Assembly: GCA_030141605.1 (NCBI GenBank)
Contig: JAQGDQ010000254.1
Location: 260,213-324,212 of the forward strand
Reading direction: 5' to 3'
DNA: 64,000 nt
From: Tubiluchus corallicola
Taxonomy: Eukaryota; Animalia; Priapulida
Shown: one piece after another, positions 1 through 14,100 of the stretch
Position numbering within the stretch: position 1 is the first letter of the stretch
Layout of the letters: the number at the start of each line of letters is the position of its first letter
Program-made: the position numbers and the translations under genes
The notes under the pieces: model-generated
Databases searched by the model: none
The model's input: the letters and a program-made list of their open reading frames with translations, nothing else
What the model was told of the DNA's origin: nothing

Positions 1-1099
1 ATCTTGCTTCAACAAAAATGAACTAGGTAAGGTTCTAGCTAGCTGTTAAAATTGTTACTATTACAAAATAGACATAGACATAGAACATTTATTTTCTCCA
101 ATATAGTTTCACAGCAAAAGTTTTTGTTAAATATTAAATAATTGTAATCATGGAGCAGGGCAGGGAGGGCCAAAGGGTCACCTAGTCTCCTGCCCTTTCA
201 TATAGCTAGAAAGGTATGTTAAAAATGAACGGTGATGCTGGAGATAAAAAAATCAAATAAGAAGAAAAAATAGTACAATTTGTCAAAAAAACTAAAAACA
301 AAAAATAGTAGAATAAAGTTAAATACATAAATCTAAACAAAAGAATGTTGTGAGGAGTTGCCAAGTGTACACAAATGCATTGTCTGGTACACTTAACCTT
401 TAACATTTTGAGAATCATCATAATTGTTGGAATTGTGAAAATGCTTATTTATGCATTCTGTTGTTGTAAATGACTTCCAATTGTTTCTAATCTCTGTGCC
501 TGTACACACAAATTAAACATTAAACCAATTTATTGTTAACATTACTGTTTACTAAATATAAAAACATAGAAAACAGATGTCAGATACCACAGCCTCAATT
601 AGTAATATGCAAGAATGTGTTAATTTACAGCATCTAACAATTAATGGCAATACCATCTCAAAGAGCATAATTTAAACAAAACAACAGCACGATTTAATGC
701 TAAAACTTAAGTCAGAAATTATTTTTGTTCGGCTGCTACTTCATTTGAAATATGTATTGACAAGGCTCATGTATATAAGGATGAAAATACTCCTACTTAG
801 TTACTGATGTTCAAGAGCTGGGACATTCATGCAAATCTTTTTGTATTGAAATTGAATCTCATGGATATATCAGCAAAGAAAGTGCAAACAAGATACTCCA
901 GGGAACTTGCAGATTGGTCTGCAAGTTACTATACCTAAACGCAAGTTTCGGGAATTAATTCAAAATTTAAGGAAAATTTCTCTACTGTCTTCATTTTCAA
1001 TTTTCCAGTCAAAAATGAAAAAATATCTGGGATGAAGTGTTACTTATCAAAATTAACAACTAGTTGTGACACGGGTAATTAAAATTGCTCAAGATGTCC

Positions 1100-3968
1100 A
1101 TTTTATTTTTGGAAATGCTACATACAGTCAGAGTATCACTACCACGTGACAACATATCCAACTGCTAAAGCATTGCCATAGATTTGCTCAGCTCAGATAA
1201 GCTTCAAATAACTTGTGTTTACCATCTTCCCTCTGCGAATACTCATTACTCCATTGTTCTTTGTAATATTCTTCAGGACTTGTGCATAAACTCTGACTCT
1301 AATATTGTTATCACAGGAGATTTCAATCTCTCCCAAATAAACTGGAATGAATTAGTAGCTCCAGATATTAATGTGTAAAATGAATTTATGAAGCTTTTAG
1401 GCGAGAGCAATTTACAGCAACTAGTTAAATCTCCAACCAGAAATAATAATATATTAGATTTAGTTCTGGTAAATAATCATTAAGTGTATCCTGTGTAAGT
1501 GTATGGCAGGCTTACACAACAATGACCATTATGCAATTACTTTTAGGGCTCACTGTGCAAATTCTTGATATTCTGTCCATCCCAAATCTTAATTTTCAAA
1601 GAACAAATTATGCAACATTATGTAGGTTATTAGACAAAATTAATGGAGAATTTGTGTTTCGATACTGTAGTAATGTCCAGGAATTGTACGATGTTTTTAT
1701 TTGTACTTTGCAGTCCATGTTTAATGCAACAGCGCCAGTGCTACATTTTATTGATAAGCCATCCTATCCTAAACATATGAGATAATTGCTGAAGAAAAAG
1801 AAGACAAAGTGGCATGGGTTTCAAAATGACCGAAGCTCTACTGAAGAAAGTTAGCTTACCATGAATCGTGTTTGAAAATTCAGGAAGCTATCCATAATAG
1901 CATGATAGCCAGGGAAACAAAAATTATTAATACTAGAGATCGTTCTCAATTTTTCAGATGTGTACATGAAAAGAATAAAACTCCATCAGGGGAGGCCCTA
2001 CTATTAAAACTATTAAAATATGATGGTACCACTGCATTATCAGATTTGGAAAAGCACATGTGTTAAAAAATCAGTTTTGTTCTGTCCTTGTACTAGATAA
2101 TGGGTGATAAATTATGCCCTTTTTCCTTCTTTAAATAATAGAACACGATGCTTAAATGAGTTTATCATAAATGAGGAAATGATTTACAAAATATTGTGTT
2201 CTAGTAAAATAAAATTTACCATAACGCCAGATAATATTCCACCTGCAGTTCTTCGTAATTGTGCAACTCAGTTAGCAGCCCCTTTACACAATATTTTTGT
2301 GCATTCTTTAATATCCACAAGTTTACTAAGGCAGTGGCGCACTCCAGATATTACTGCATTTTATAAAGTGAATGATGCTGCATTAGCAAAAAATTATGGA
2401 CCAATTTCTGTCACTTCTGCCATTTGCAGATGCTTGGAAAGTATAATTGTTGATAAGCTTCTCAAATATCTGCTCTCAAATAATTTCATTAGTGAAAACC
2501 AATTTGATTTTTTTATCTCGTAGATCCACTGAATTACAGCTGCTTAGCTTGTGTTGATGCTTGGACCAGTCTTATTGATCTCGTGTTGATTAGTCAAAAG
2601 CTTTCGATACAGTTTCCCATTCAAAAATTATATCATTATTGAAGGTAAAGCATTGTAGTGGATAAAGGCTTCCTTGACAGACCGGACTCAGTGTGTTAAA
2701 GTGGGAAATTGTAATTCCGACTATTCCAATGTTTTATCTGGTGTTCCTCAAGGGTCTTTTCTAAGCCCAATCTGTTTTTTACTTTTCATAAATAAATATA
2801 TGTTTTCCTCCGGTAGCGCTAAAACCTGTACACATAAAAACAAAATCCAGATCACCTTGAACTACTTCGCAGATTGGCGGAATGCATAGCAACTGGCCTT
2901 AGCAACTGAAAAGTGTTTTGTGCTAAACATTGGATTGGAATGTGCTTGCAACTATACACTAGATAATGTCGCACATCTTAAAATTCAAAAGATGCATCAT
3001 TTGGGATAACTGTGGATACTAAACTTAGTTTCAAAGAACACATTGCACAAATTGCCCAAAATGCATATTTCTCAATTAATGTGCTGTTCAAGTGTTTCTT
3101 GATAAAAGATGTTGAGACTTTGACTAAGGCCTATTGTGTTTATGTGAGGCCCATAATAGAATACTGTAGTACTGTTTGGAACCCCTTTTTCGCTATAACT
3201 TGTTCTCAAGCATATATAGGAAGAAAAGACAAAGCATAAAACGTTCAAAAATACTTCATACAATTCTTCCTTAAGGCTTCTTCACAAACTGGTTGTCCCT
3301 ATAAGTACAGATTGGCCATTCTTAAACTAGAAACTATAGAGGTTAGAAGGGTCAAAGCAGATCTTAGTATGGTCTTCAAAATAGTATGCACCTAGTGTGA
3401 TAGCATGATTTTTATGACCTAGTGCTTCGAAATATCAATTTTCAAAATGTTGCTTTAATAACAACTGCTCTTAACTCTGTTCTAAACCATCAAGCTTCCA
3501 CCAGTCAGTAGTTACTTATTATGTCAGTTTGTATGAAGAGATTTTGAAATTTTTAATCTCATTTTAGTACTACGAGTCTTAAATATGAGTTGAAATGTTG
3601 TAAAATCAGCTCTTCCATTATGTTAGATAGCTTAAAGCAAATTTAGTTAATTCTTAACTTCATTATAATATTATTCTACTAATCTTTGTTTTTAGTGCGT
3701 ACAAATACTAACTAAGGGCTCCGTACATCATTTTCAGTTCACGATATTATGCAGTAACTGTGCAATAGTTAACTGAAATATCTTGTTAATTACTTTGTTA
3801 AAATCAGACAGGCCCAAAAAAAGTGATGTGTTTTCATTCATCTTATTATAGTAACTATTTTCAATAGACTTTTTTATGCTATATACATGCTGGTAAGCCC
3901 AGCACTTTCATTGTAAATAAATTTGTGTTGTTACAAAGTGCAAATATATAAACTAAACTAACTAAACT
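1100..3968 (+). mobile_element. Decayed CR1/L2-group non-LTR retrotransposon (APE endonuclease and reverse transcriptase), antisense and downstream of gene D exon 8
   Basis: Broken ORFs with ITGDFN, PTRNNNILDLVL, PDNIPPAVL, NYGPISVTS, SGVPQGSFLSP, YVRPIIEYCSTVWNP; many stops and frameshifts; 3' AATAAA and (AACTA)n tail near 3950-3968. 5' edge approximate. Confidence 0.9.
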
Positions 3969-4089
3969 TATTGACCAGTGTATTTCATGAATCTTATGTT
4001 TGTAGATTCGTGAATGTTATCTAGATTATACATAAAGACTTCTTTATGTTGTTTTCAAAAAAAAGATTTTAAAAATATATTATTAGGGG

Positions 4090-4195
4090 TAAGGTGAAAA
4101 GCAGCTGACAGTATGAGATCAAAATTAGCTCAAACGCTGAACTGGTCAGTACGTGGATGGGTGATACTAAAGGAGCATCACTTCCTACTGAGGAA
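4090..4195 (+). other. Degenerate 5S rRNA-like sequence (pseudogene or head of a 5S-derived SINE3)
   Basis: CTGGTCAGTACGTGGATGGGTGA (4142-4164) resembles the 5S internal control region CTGGTTAGTACTTGGATGGGAGA; weaker similarity on both flanks. Confidence 0.5.
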
Positions 4196-5144
4196 GAAAT
4201 ATACATTAGAACAAGACTAATACTCCTCGGCTGGATCAGTGCCGCATCTTAATTGATCAAAATGATTATAAATTCTTGCAATGCGATATAATTCTAGTCA
4301 CAACCACCGCCATCAACATGATAAGTTTACATTACTCTTTGAGAAACAATACTTTTAATTGCAAGCTACATGGATTTTACAAACGAACGACTGAAATCCG
4401 ACACTAACCACACCAGCTCCTTCTAGCGGAGGAACAACTAAGTGTTAAAATGTCTGTAACCCGCAGTTTGGATACTAGCTAAACAATTGTCTCATGCCCA
4501 ACCCAATAAAATAGATGGTTATGGCCTTTATTTATGATGCCTCAGTACACAAGGAAGGCACGTGACTAGCCTTATGTTCTTTAAAGTGATTTTAATATAA
4601 AAATACATTTCTAAAAATTAAAGGTTGCACGGAATTCCTTTTTGTCTGCAGAAAACTCTGGGATACTTGCTACATTCTGGGAGTCGTTTAAAACAAGTTC
4701 AGGTAATACTGTGTAGTTTTAAAAAATAATCAGATAACTCGTAGGGCACTTTATATTATCAATAAAACCAATAATTGTTGGTTAGAATTTGGTGAATCTG
4801 TGGTGCACACTGAGATGGTGATGCAGCGCAGTTTTATCAGGTGGTGAGAATGTATTAAATTACTAAGAATTTTCTTCTCCAATTACACAAGTCTTTAAAA
4901 CACATAATATAATACTAAGTAATATAACTTTGTATGGCAAGTTCTTCAGAAGATACTTTAAAATTCCATTTTCGTCCTTTTTAGATTACACAAAAGATCA
5001 AAAATAAAATTCTGCATTTTTAAGTTACAAGTAGTAAATGTAGTTGCAGTCAGTCAAAGTCGACGTCATTGTCGGCATTGTTGCTATTGTCATCATAGTA
5101 ACAGTAGACGACAACTTCCTGGTGCTGTGGCATTCTGTATTTAC

Positions 5145-8100
5145 CTGATCAATATTTCCCAGTTCACAAGGAAACAGCTTAAGATAAACGGTGAACGGTT
5201 CCAACGGAATTCTGTACATGCCAATACATGTATTAGTAAACTTGTTATGAATCTATAAACCAGAAAAATAGAGAATATTTAACTAAATCAGCAATAATGC
5301 TTAAAGCAAAGGAAAAGTCACCTAGCATGTTGGGTTTAATTTACTATTATGATCTAAGCTTAGAATAATATAACAAAGAAATTTCCAAAAACCTGTCTAT
5401 AAAGCATAAAATTAATTAACGCTATTATTGCAAAGAAATTTTCAGGTGCAACACTTGCCACCTTTACTAAATAATTTAGACATGAGTGGTGGATGTCGCG
5501 ACTCTTCCTGAGTGGCTTTCAGTAAGTGCACACCACTTAAATTGATTCAAACTTGTGCAGCTTACCTAATGTTCATGCAAAATATCACAAAATTAACTAT
5601 CTGGTTTTTTTTGTAAAAACTTTTTATACTTTTTACGGAAATTTAGAGTGTCCTGCTTTTCTTCAGTTGATGAATGACGTCATTCGTGAAAGAATAGGTG
5701 TTTAAAATGGGAGTGCCCAAGCAAGAAATAATCGCAACTTTAAAGCAATTTTACCAATTACAGAAATTGTTTATGACACTTTTACTACTAAACACTTCTA
5801 ACATTTTTCGTGAACATTCCAATAAGCCCGATTTCTCAGACAGCTTGGCCTGCTTTTGATGATTTTGGTTGTTTACGTGCAACTACAAGGGCTGAAGAAA
5901 ATTTATGTTTACACTGTAGTGAGTTTCCAGATAGTTTCCAGAAACAATTCCCCATAGTTTATTCGCTAGCATAAGGATAGTAGAAAAATACATCCTTCTG
6001 TGCAACAAACAAAGTTGATTTGACTACACGCTGCTAAGCTGAAGAGAATTAGGTGCCTGGCTTCAAGCAATGCAAAAGCAAGCCAGCTGATGCCATATGA
6101 TGATAAATAATGCTGTTTAATGATGCTTTTAACTTTGAAGCTTTTTTCATTTTACACACAGTAAATAACACAGGCATCTTATTTATAAATTACTGTAGTT
6201 TTTATCGAGTGTACGGCAATCAGAATACCATTAAATGCATTATTGGTATATTAAAAAAACTTTGAGATAAGGAAGTAAACCTCAAGATAAACTTAATCCT
6301 CATGACCAGGACAGCTCAATCTGATTTGTTAACTAAATGGATTGAATCAGAAAATAGTTTGATCTCTCTAAGACATGAGGTCCAGTGAAATATAGTGGTT
6401 TGCATGCTCAACATGTAATTCAAAGATGCTTTGTTAAGAACAAGATTATTTTTGATCTTTCTAGTTTCTTCACTTGGCAGTATATGAATTCGTCCATCTA
6501 AGATATTTGGGTTTTTTTCACTTAGCTTCATCATGGCTTTCTTAGTTGAAACACAAAAATTTTAATTTTCAAAAAAACTAGCGAAATTATTCAAATCCTT
6601 TTTTACTGACACCAAAATGTTATCCCGAGAAGAGATCACACCTACTCTATCTGAAAAAAATTCAGGCTTGCGGAGCACTACAGGCTGGCGCCAGGCTTGC
6701 AGAGCATTGATAGCACTCGAGACTGTTCATAACCATTAGACATGCAATGAAATTGGGTTAATTACTCCATAAGAAGGTGTATTTCCAATCAAAATGTTAA
6801 TAGATCTACCCTAAAAGGTGGCCTATGACCTAAAATTATTATGTCACATTTTTTATTAAGAGAATGGTGGAAATTTCAGCCAAACATATCTGGAACAGTA
6901 GTTTTTTATAGCAGAATATTTTATGGGACTGAAAACCACACATGAAAAAATATACAAATCACACTTGCGACAGTACAGTCAAACCTCATTATACTGCCTC
7001 CTGTTATAATGTCAAACTAGTTTACCGCCTGCAAAAATGGCTAGGAAAAAAACGGCTGTATTCAACTGCATATAAAAATAGCCAGTTATACTACCTCCTA
7101 TTACCCGACAGGCAAAATAACAAACATGTTCATTGAGGAAATACCGTCAGCCACGCCAGTGACCTTGGTATTATGCCAGCTGTACGAGGCTGCTATATGC
7201 TCCGCTGGGTCACTTACACTGACCAGACGTCACGTGTCGTGCAAATTAATGCATGTTATCATGCTTTGATTTTTGCAAGCTGTACTGCACTTCGTACAAT
7301 TATAATAACAAAGGATTGATAGGTTTGATATTACTGTCAATGTACCACTCAGTTATAATAGCAACTGACAGAAAACACGTGGTTCTTTATTGCCACAAGA
7401 AATGTGTTTTTTAAGAATCATCCAAGCAAATCCTAACAAGAAATTTGTAGTTACACCTTGACCTTTTTTACATATACATAATTAGTGAAGCAGAAGGCCT
7501 ACAACCTATTACATGTATATAGCTGAATAAAAGATACGTATATTATGTAAACAAAATGCTCTTCTTAAAAATGACTGATTGCAAAGAGTCATTTCACAAA
7601 TAATTAATTTAATAATTTTCTTTTAATTCATTAACCTTTAGAGTGAAAATTGTGGACTCTAACCTGTGTACAATACATTTGTCTGACTACTCTGTGATTT
7701 GTTTTTGGCAAAATTTAACACGCCTTGTTATAACACCAAATTCCCTATAATGTCAACTTTTTTCTGGTCCTAAAGTGGGAGATACAAAGAGGTTTGACTG
7801 TATTATAAGATGCTGCATATTATCCTGCTTACTGAATATTAAAAAAAGTAGAAGTACGTGCATAAAATAGGAATACAGATAATTATCATTATCTCTTAGA
7901 ATACATTTACCGTTCCAAGTGAAAAAGCATTTTCATTAGGTCTAAACTGCCCTGGAGTGATGTTGTCCAAGTACCATTTAAAGCTCTTGCAGCCTAGTTG
8001 ATTCCTGAGAGCTTTTCTTTCTGATACATTACCATAGCGAATTTCCTGGACAAATAAAACATACAAGTGAACAGGATAAAGACTTGCACAACTATGAAAA

Positions 8101-11100
8101 TGAAAATCAAAATGAAATGAAAAGCAGAAATTCAGTTTTATACATCTTTTAGCCAGCGATTCAGCGAAAGCAGAGAAAGTAGTAGCAAAATAATTTTGTT
8201 GACTTTTACCTTTGTTTACCATGACTAGTGTAAAAAGACTGTGTATTTCTTTATGTTAAGACTATAAAAACTTAGTAATATTTTTTAAACTAAAATTTTT
8301 ATTGTATTTCATCTCACTCTCATTTATTGCACATACAAATGCAGTTTATCAATCGCATTTTTGTAAACTTCTTCAATAGCCCCAGCTGGTTATATAAATA
8401 AATAAGTAAGCAGCTTTTGAAAGTAATAAGAGAACTGCCATAAGCAAAATTGCACTACGCTGACTTTCTTTGCTATTGTACTCAATGCAATTAATTGATA
8501 AGAGACATGGGATCAAATAACACCTTAGATTATTGAGCAGATTCTGCATCAAATTAAGCGAAATACACACAAGCTGTTTCTCAAACAATAAAATGTTAAT
8601 TTTTCATATTTTACTGTGCAAGTGTTTGAAAAAAGGATAGAAAACAAATATGTGAAAGTTCCTTTAAAGGAACAAACTTTTTCACAGGATTTTTTTTTGT
8701 AATGTAAGAAAACTGTATGTCTGTTGCATTAAATGCACTTGATATTAACTATGTCACACAAGTATACTGTACACTAGATGAAATAATACCAATAGTCACT
8801 TTGCAAGATACCTTTGCAATCTTTCCATGCTTCAGGGTACGGTAAAACAAATGCTTGTAGTCATCCATCCACACCTCTGCAAGACGCATAGAGTTAACCA
8901 CAAAATGATAATACAAGCTTTCCTCAGGAAAACTGTAGGGAGGTTCTGTCCTGAAAATATGTCCCACACGTGAACAAGGAATGATTTCCAGCCTGCCACC
9001 ACACATCCAAGTCTAAATGAAATCAGAGTTGAGTTAGGTCGCTATGTTTGTAGATATGTTGCAGAATTAGTACACTAGGCTTCTTCCTAATAGTTTTTAC
9101 GCAGCAAAAACATATACGCGAGATGCAATGCCCAATGCTGTCAAAGTTGTTTTTGGAACCAAAGTTAAAGCACTAGAAAACTCTCTACTTACATAATGCT
9201 GAAAAAATTTGTCTTGAAACTTTATACCACTTACATACTGCCTTTATGTATACAGGGCTTGAGTCAGCAGTAATGCTGTATAAAACTTGTAAATTTAAAC
9301 TCCCGCGATGGTCGTTAAACAACTTTTGAACGATAAGTCATTTGAAAAAAGTATAGATAACACTGAGTAAAGTTTGGACACATAATCAGACCATTCGTAG
9401 TGCACTCGTCCCTAACTAAGTACTGTATCTCTGTATTTTAAATTACTGTATCTTGTCAATACGATTAAAAATACATTTTTAGTTAGTCAGTGGTGCACTG
9501 TGGAGGAGAGTCAACAAACTTTCTTTTCTAGTTATACAAGTCTTTCAAGCAAGTAAGCAAAGCGCTAAGTAATATAACTTTGCATAGAAATTTTTTAGGA
9601 TACAGTTTAACATTTATTTTTTGATTCACATTGTAAGTATATGACGTCATGTAATGACGGGATCGGAACAGTATTGCGGGAGATTTAAAATGAAAACAAA
9701 CAGAAAATCCTTTCAATGCGAGTATGATATATGCATAATAATGCTAAAAGGTAATATAATTTTGAAGCGATTTTTCTGAAACCTACTTCAGGTACTCCTT
9801 TTCTTGTCCTTTAAGGCTGATTAGAGAGTGGATGGGTGAACAGATTCATTTCTCAGTCTGGGCGGTTTTCTTCGCTATTTTGACTCTGACATAAGGATAC
9901 ATATCCAAAAGAGACCGAGGCACCTCTGCTAATTCAGTGGCTTGTCCTAGGGTCGTAGCCTTGATAAAAGGTGAAGTCCCAATCTTGTTACAACCATATT
10001 CAATTTGAGTAAAACTGCCAATGAATGCTTGATTCCGACTTGCAGGATCTCGAATAATACAAAAAACATTGCTTTTCTCGTGCATTTGAAGTTCTTTAAG
10101 ACACTTTGAGCATGGGCTCAAAAAGTGAAGTGATGTCTATTACACCATATAAAAAAACTAATTGTGTCTGTGACCATTTTAACCAATAAGGGTTATTTTT
10201 ATGCTATTGCAAACTATATTTAAATGTGCTGTTTAACTTTGTTTGGTGCTTTGAATTAGCATGCACGCAGATATCGTGGGTTATGCACTATAGGCTGTTT
10301 TGTATATAAACATATTTTTATGCAAAACTGAAAAATTATGTTAATTTACGTGCGCATATGTTTGTTCTCTACAGTGAGCGAAGCAACGGAATAAAATGGA
10401 TGAAATTTTACTGTTCACGCTTGAGAACACTGTGAACCAAGAAGTATGATAAAGTTCTGTTTGCCAAAACGTTTGATATTAATTCATCATCCTCAGTTCC
10501 TCTTACGTTGCAAAATATTGCAATTACAAACACTGTCAAAGTGTAGCTAATTAATTAATAATTATAACCAGCTGACTAACTTGAATTCGTTGGTAAAAGA
10601 TGCTATTAATACTTGCCCTGAAAGATATTTCAATGTTTTCTCCACCCCAACCTTCCATTCCGGGATCATAGGCACCAATTTCCCAGAAGTATTTACGATC
10701 AACTGCCAGCAGACCACCCAGCATTGTTGGAGACCTTGAAATAATCACAATAAATAATAAATAAATACTTTCAGTAATTAGATAATAAAATTTTGTCTTT
10801 ATAACATAAATCATCACAAGAATTGCACCTGCAGTGTAAACAAACAACAAAAATAACTTGTCATTTAGTAATTTTTTTCTTTTCACATAAGCATAAGTGA
10901 AACAAACAAGTAATCAACAGACTATGCAGAAGAAATGTGATGCAAGAAATATTTAATGCCTTTTAAAGCAAAACTGAGAGCAAAATTACATTTGATTTCA
11001 AAATACAATTTGACATTACTAATAATCATATCATGTTTAAAAATTGAGGAAATCTTTGTGCAGGCAAAAATAAGCTGCTTTAATTTTGCTGTGATGTCAC

Positions 11101-14100
11101 TGGCGTCTCTAGTGCATTTAAGACATAAAATACAAAAATACCACTGTATCAAACTTTTCTTGCTGAATTTACACAAATTATGTCAGCGACACGAAAAACA
11201 GCCAAAACTCTTGTATATATCAAGTACGGGTGCAACGAATTTGCTTGTTAAACTATAGCTGTATGGAAACTAGGAGACCTGTGTGGCTCCGTTAGGCTGT
11301 ACAAACAATAGTATGTCAAATACTCTGGTGAATCAAATCTGTGATCTAAAAATAAACTGCTAATCACTACGTTCTGGATTAATATTTGCACAATAATTAA
11401 AGGCAAAAATTAATAATTCTGGCTAAATTTCATGAAAACTACATTTGGCTTAGACTAAGAATTACTGAACTATTCTGCAAGGATAACAAGTGTTTTAGCA
11501 ATACTATAGTAAGTTGTAACTAAAAAAATATTTTGGATAAACTCATCCCAGCTTATTTGAGCTACAATTTCCCAAATGTACTTCAGTTAGGACTTGCACA
11601 CCTCATGATATCTGCGTAAATAAATGAAATGATTGTAAATTCAGTGGTCCTACCTGTCTACTATTTAACCACAGAGACAAAAAGCTGCAACAGCTTTGAG
11701 TTTCATTTTCGTTTTGAATCTTACATTAATTCAGAGAGCACACGCAGTCTGCTCTGGCTCAAAACTGTCACTGGCAAAGCACAGGAAACCACAGAATATA
11801 GTATATAGTACCTGTAGCAATATAGTACCTTTGACGAAATCAAACTCTCTCATGAAAACTATATGTCCAGGTCTTCTCTCATTGATCACACCTAAATATA
11901 CACTGTTCTCGTACAATTTTATCCTTGCTATCCTTGCGAAGGATAAAATTTTATCTCTACAACTTGATCCTACGTGGAAAGACATTAATATAGGTTCTTT
12001 CGAACCTGTTACTCTATCCTATTAACAATTATTATATTTTCCTCACTATGAATATACGTATTTTGTAATTTGTTAACAAAATACTGTTTAAACTGATTTT
12101 ATCCTTTAGAAAATGTAAATATGATCACTCGTTGTCAGAAGCACAAAGCAACCTCATAATGAGACATTTAAAAAGCATGTTTGATCTGAAAATGTTCAGA
12201 ACAGAAAGTTTAATCACCTGACAACAATAAAGCAGTGACATCACGCTAACATTTTGGCACCTGCCATCTTGTTTGTAACATCTTGGTCATCTATAAGTGT
12301 GGAAAAACGTATGACTTGAGCTTAATGTTAAAAAGCCTTCAGTATTGGTTTAAATTGAATAATCTTAAGAAAACCCAACATACATAATAGGATCAGTGCT
12401 ATGATTTCTCATATGCCTATGCTCTTTGGGAATTGGTATCCATCGGAAAAACAGTGACCAGCTAAAACTGCCTGCTGCTAGTTCTCCAGCATGATACTCC
12501 ATTGTGTTGCCTTCGATTATGTCTATGATTGGTATGACTATGGTGTTGCGCCTGTCCTTAATTCGCTGAAGTAAAGGTGGCAACCTAGAATGCAAAAATG
12601 CTAATCTAATGTAATTCCTTCCGACTGTAAAATATTATATAAGAGACATTTTGTTTATGAAGCATTTTATGCACTTTTCGGAATGGTAACTTCAGCAAAG
12701 AAAATTTTAGAGTTGGTGGTAGCAAAATATTATAATAGTTGCACTGTTGTGCAGGTATTATAATAGGTAAACTCAGGATGTAAAAAGTCGTAAGAAAAAT
12801 CATGCATCATCAGGAGCAAACACCAACAAATGTATAACTTGAGAATGTTTCCACACATCTTCTTATAGCGAATTACTTCCTGTAAAATTAAAATTTTTGT
12901 AAACTCTCCCCTAACTCATTTTGTTTGTTTATATATAAGCAAATGTTACTGATCTATTACATTAAGTGATTCATTATGACACAGTATCCATACCAGTTTT
13001 CTGCAACTTCACAATGTGCATCGAGAAAGATAAGAACATCCCCGACAGCTGCATCGGCTCCAACAATACGACCGCCAGCAATTCCTCGCCTTTGCTTTAA
13101 GCGTACAACACGAACATTGAGAAAATGGTTTGCTACATAATGGGACAATCGATTTCCTAGCTCAGCTGTAATTAAATTATTACATTTACATAATTATATA
13201 GGCTATAGAGCCAATTTCCTGTTTTAAATTTAATAGTGATCCTGGCTGATCAACCTACTTTACCCTAAATTCACAATTGCAACAAAAAGACAATTTACTT
13301 TCCCTTTAAAAAGAAAAGCTTCATCCACATTTACCAAAAAAAGATCAAATACCTCTGTCACTGAAGTCATCCACAAGCAAGACCTCACGCAGTAAATGAG
13401 CAGGAGATCGCTTAACAACACTCCACACTGTACGAATTAGTGGAGACCATGCCTCATTATTGAATATGATTATAACACTGGCTATGGGTAGTTCAGCATC
13501 GTATGTCAACTTTTTACAACTAAAATAGACAACTGGTCAAAAACTTGAAAATCACATATTATTAAATGAGCAAATTTAGATTATCGTGATGCAAAAACAA
13601 AATGAATGATCACATAACAATAATAATAAATGCATTTAGGGCATCGTCTAGGAGATAACACCTTAAGTAACCCAACACTTATTTCCACAAGGTGGTCCCG
13701 ATTATTATTACCCTCATGTTACTTCGATAAATGTTCTTGGTGAAGGAACCAGCTGTACCATTTTTTAAGTCTTTGGTATGATTCAGTTGGGAGTAGAATT
13801 CGAGACCTTCTGGATGGGAAGCGATCGCACTACTACTGAACTACGTCACCTGGTCGATGAATAATTCATACTTATGCATGTCAGAATCGCATTAGTCTCA
13901 GCATTCAATTTATGATCAGAAGTTTTTTAACCACATAGTCTATAGGTCTAGAGTAAAAATGTAGAGGTGTCCTTGTTCTTAAGATTCATATATAATACAT
14001 TTATATAATCATTGGTAGCTAAATGTAGCAAAGTTTATGACAAGAGGTGCCTATACAGGCCAAATAACTGCATTTTTTAAGCTAACTCAGGACTTCTACA

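Noticed and set aside
4652-4702. Possible plus-strand exon (CTGCAG acceptor, CAG|GTAATA donor)
   Set aside because: Isolated, with no partner exons or homology; such matches are expected by chance.
5300-6800. Further TTAA-bounded or MITE-like fragments (also near 9100-9815, 28260, 29520-29916, 51425-51601, 56080-56435, 61800)
   Set aside because: Probably transposon debris, but both ends and a TSD could not be paired by eye.
13770-13856. Functional tRNA gene
   Set aside because: Degenerate A and B boxes, no convincing cloverleaf, and it continues into a SINE core.
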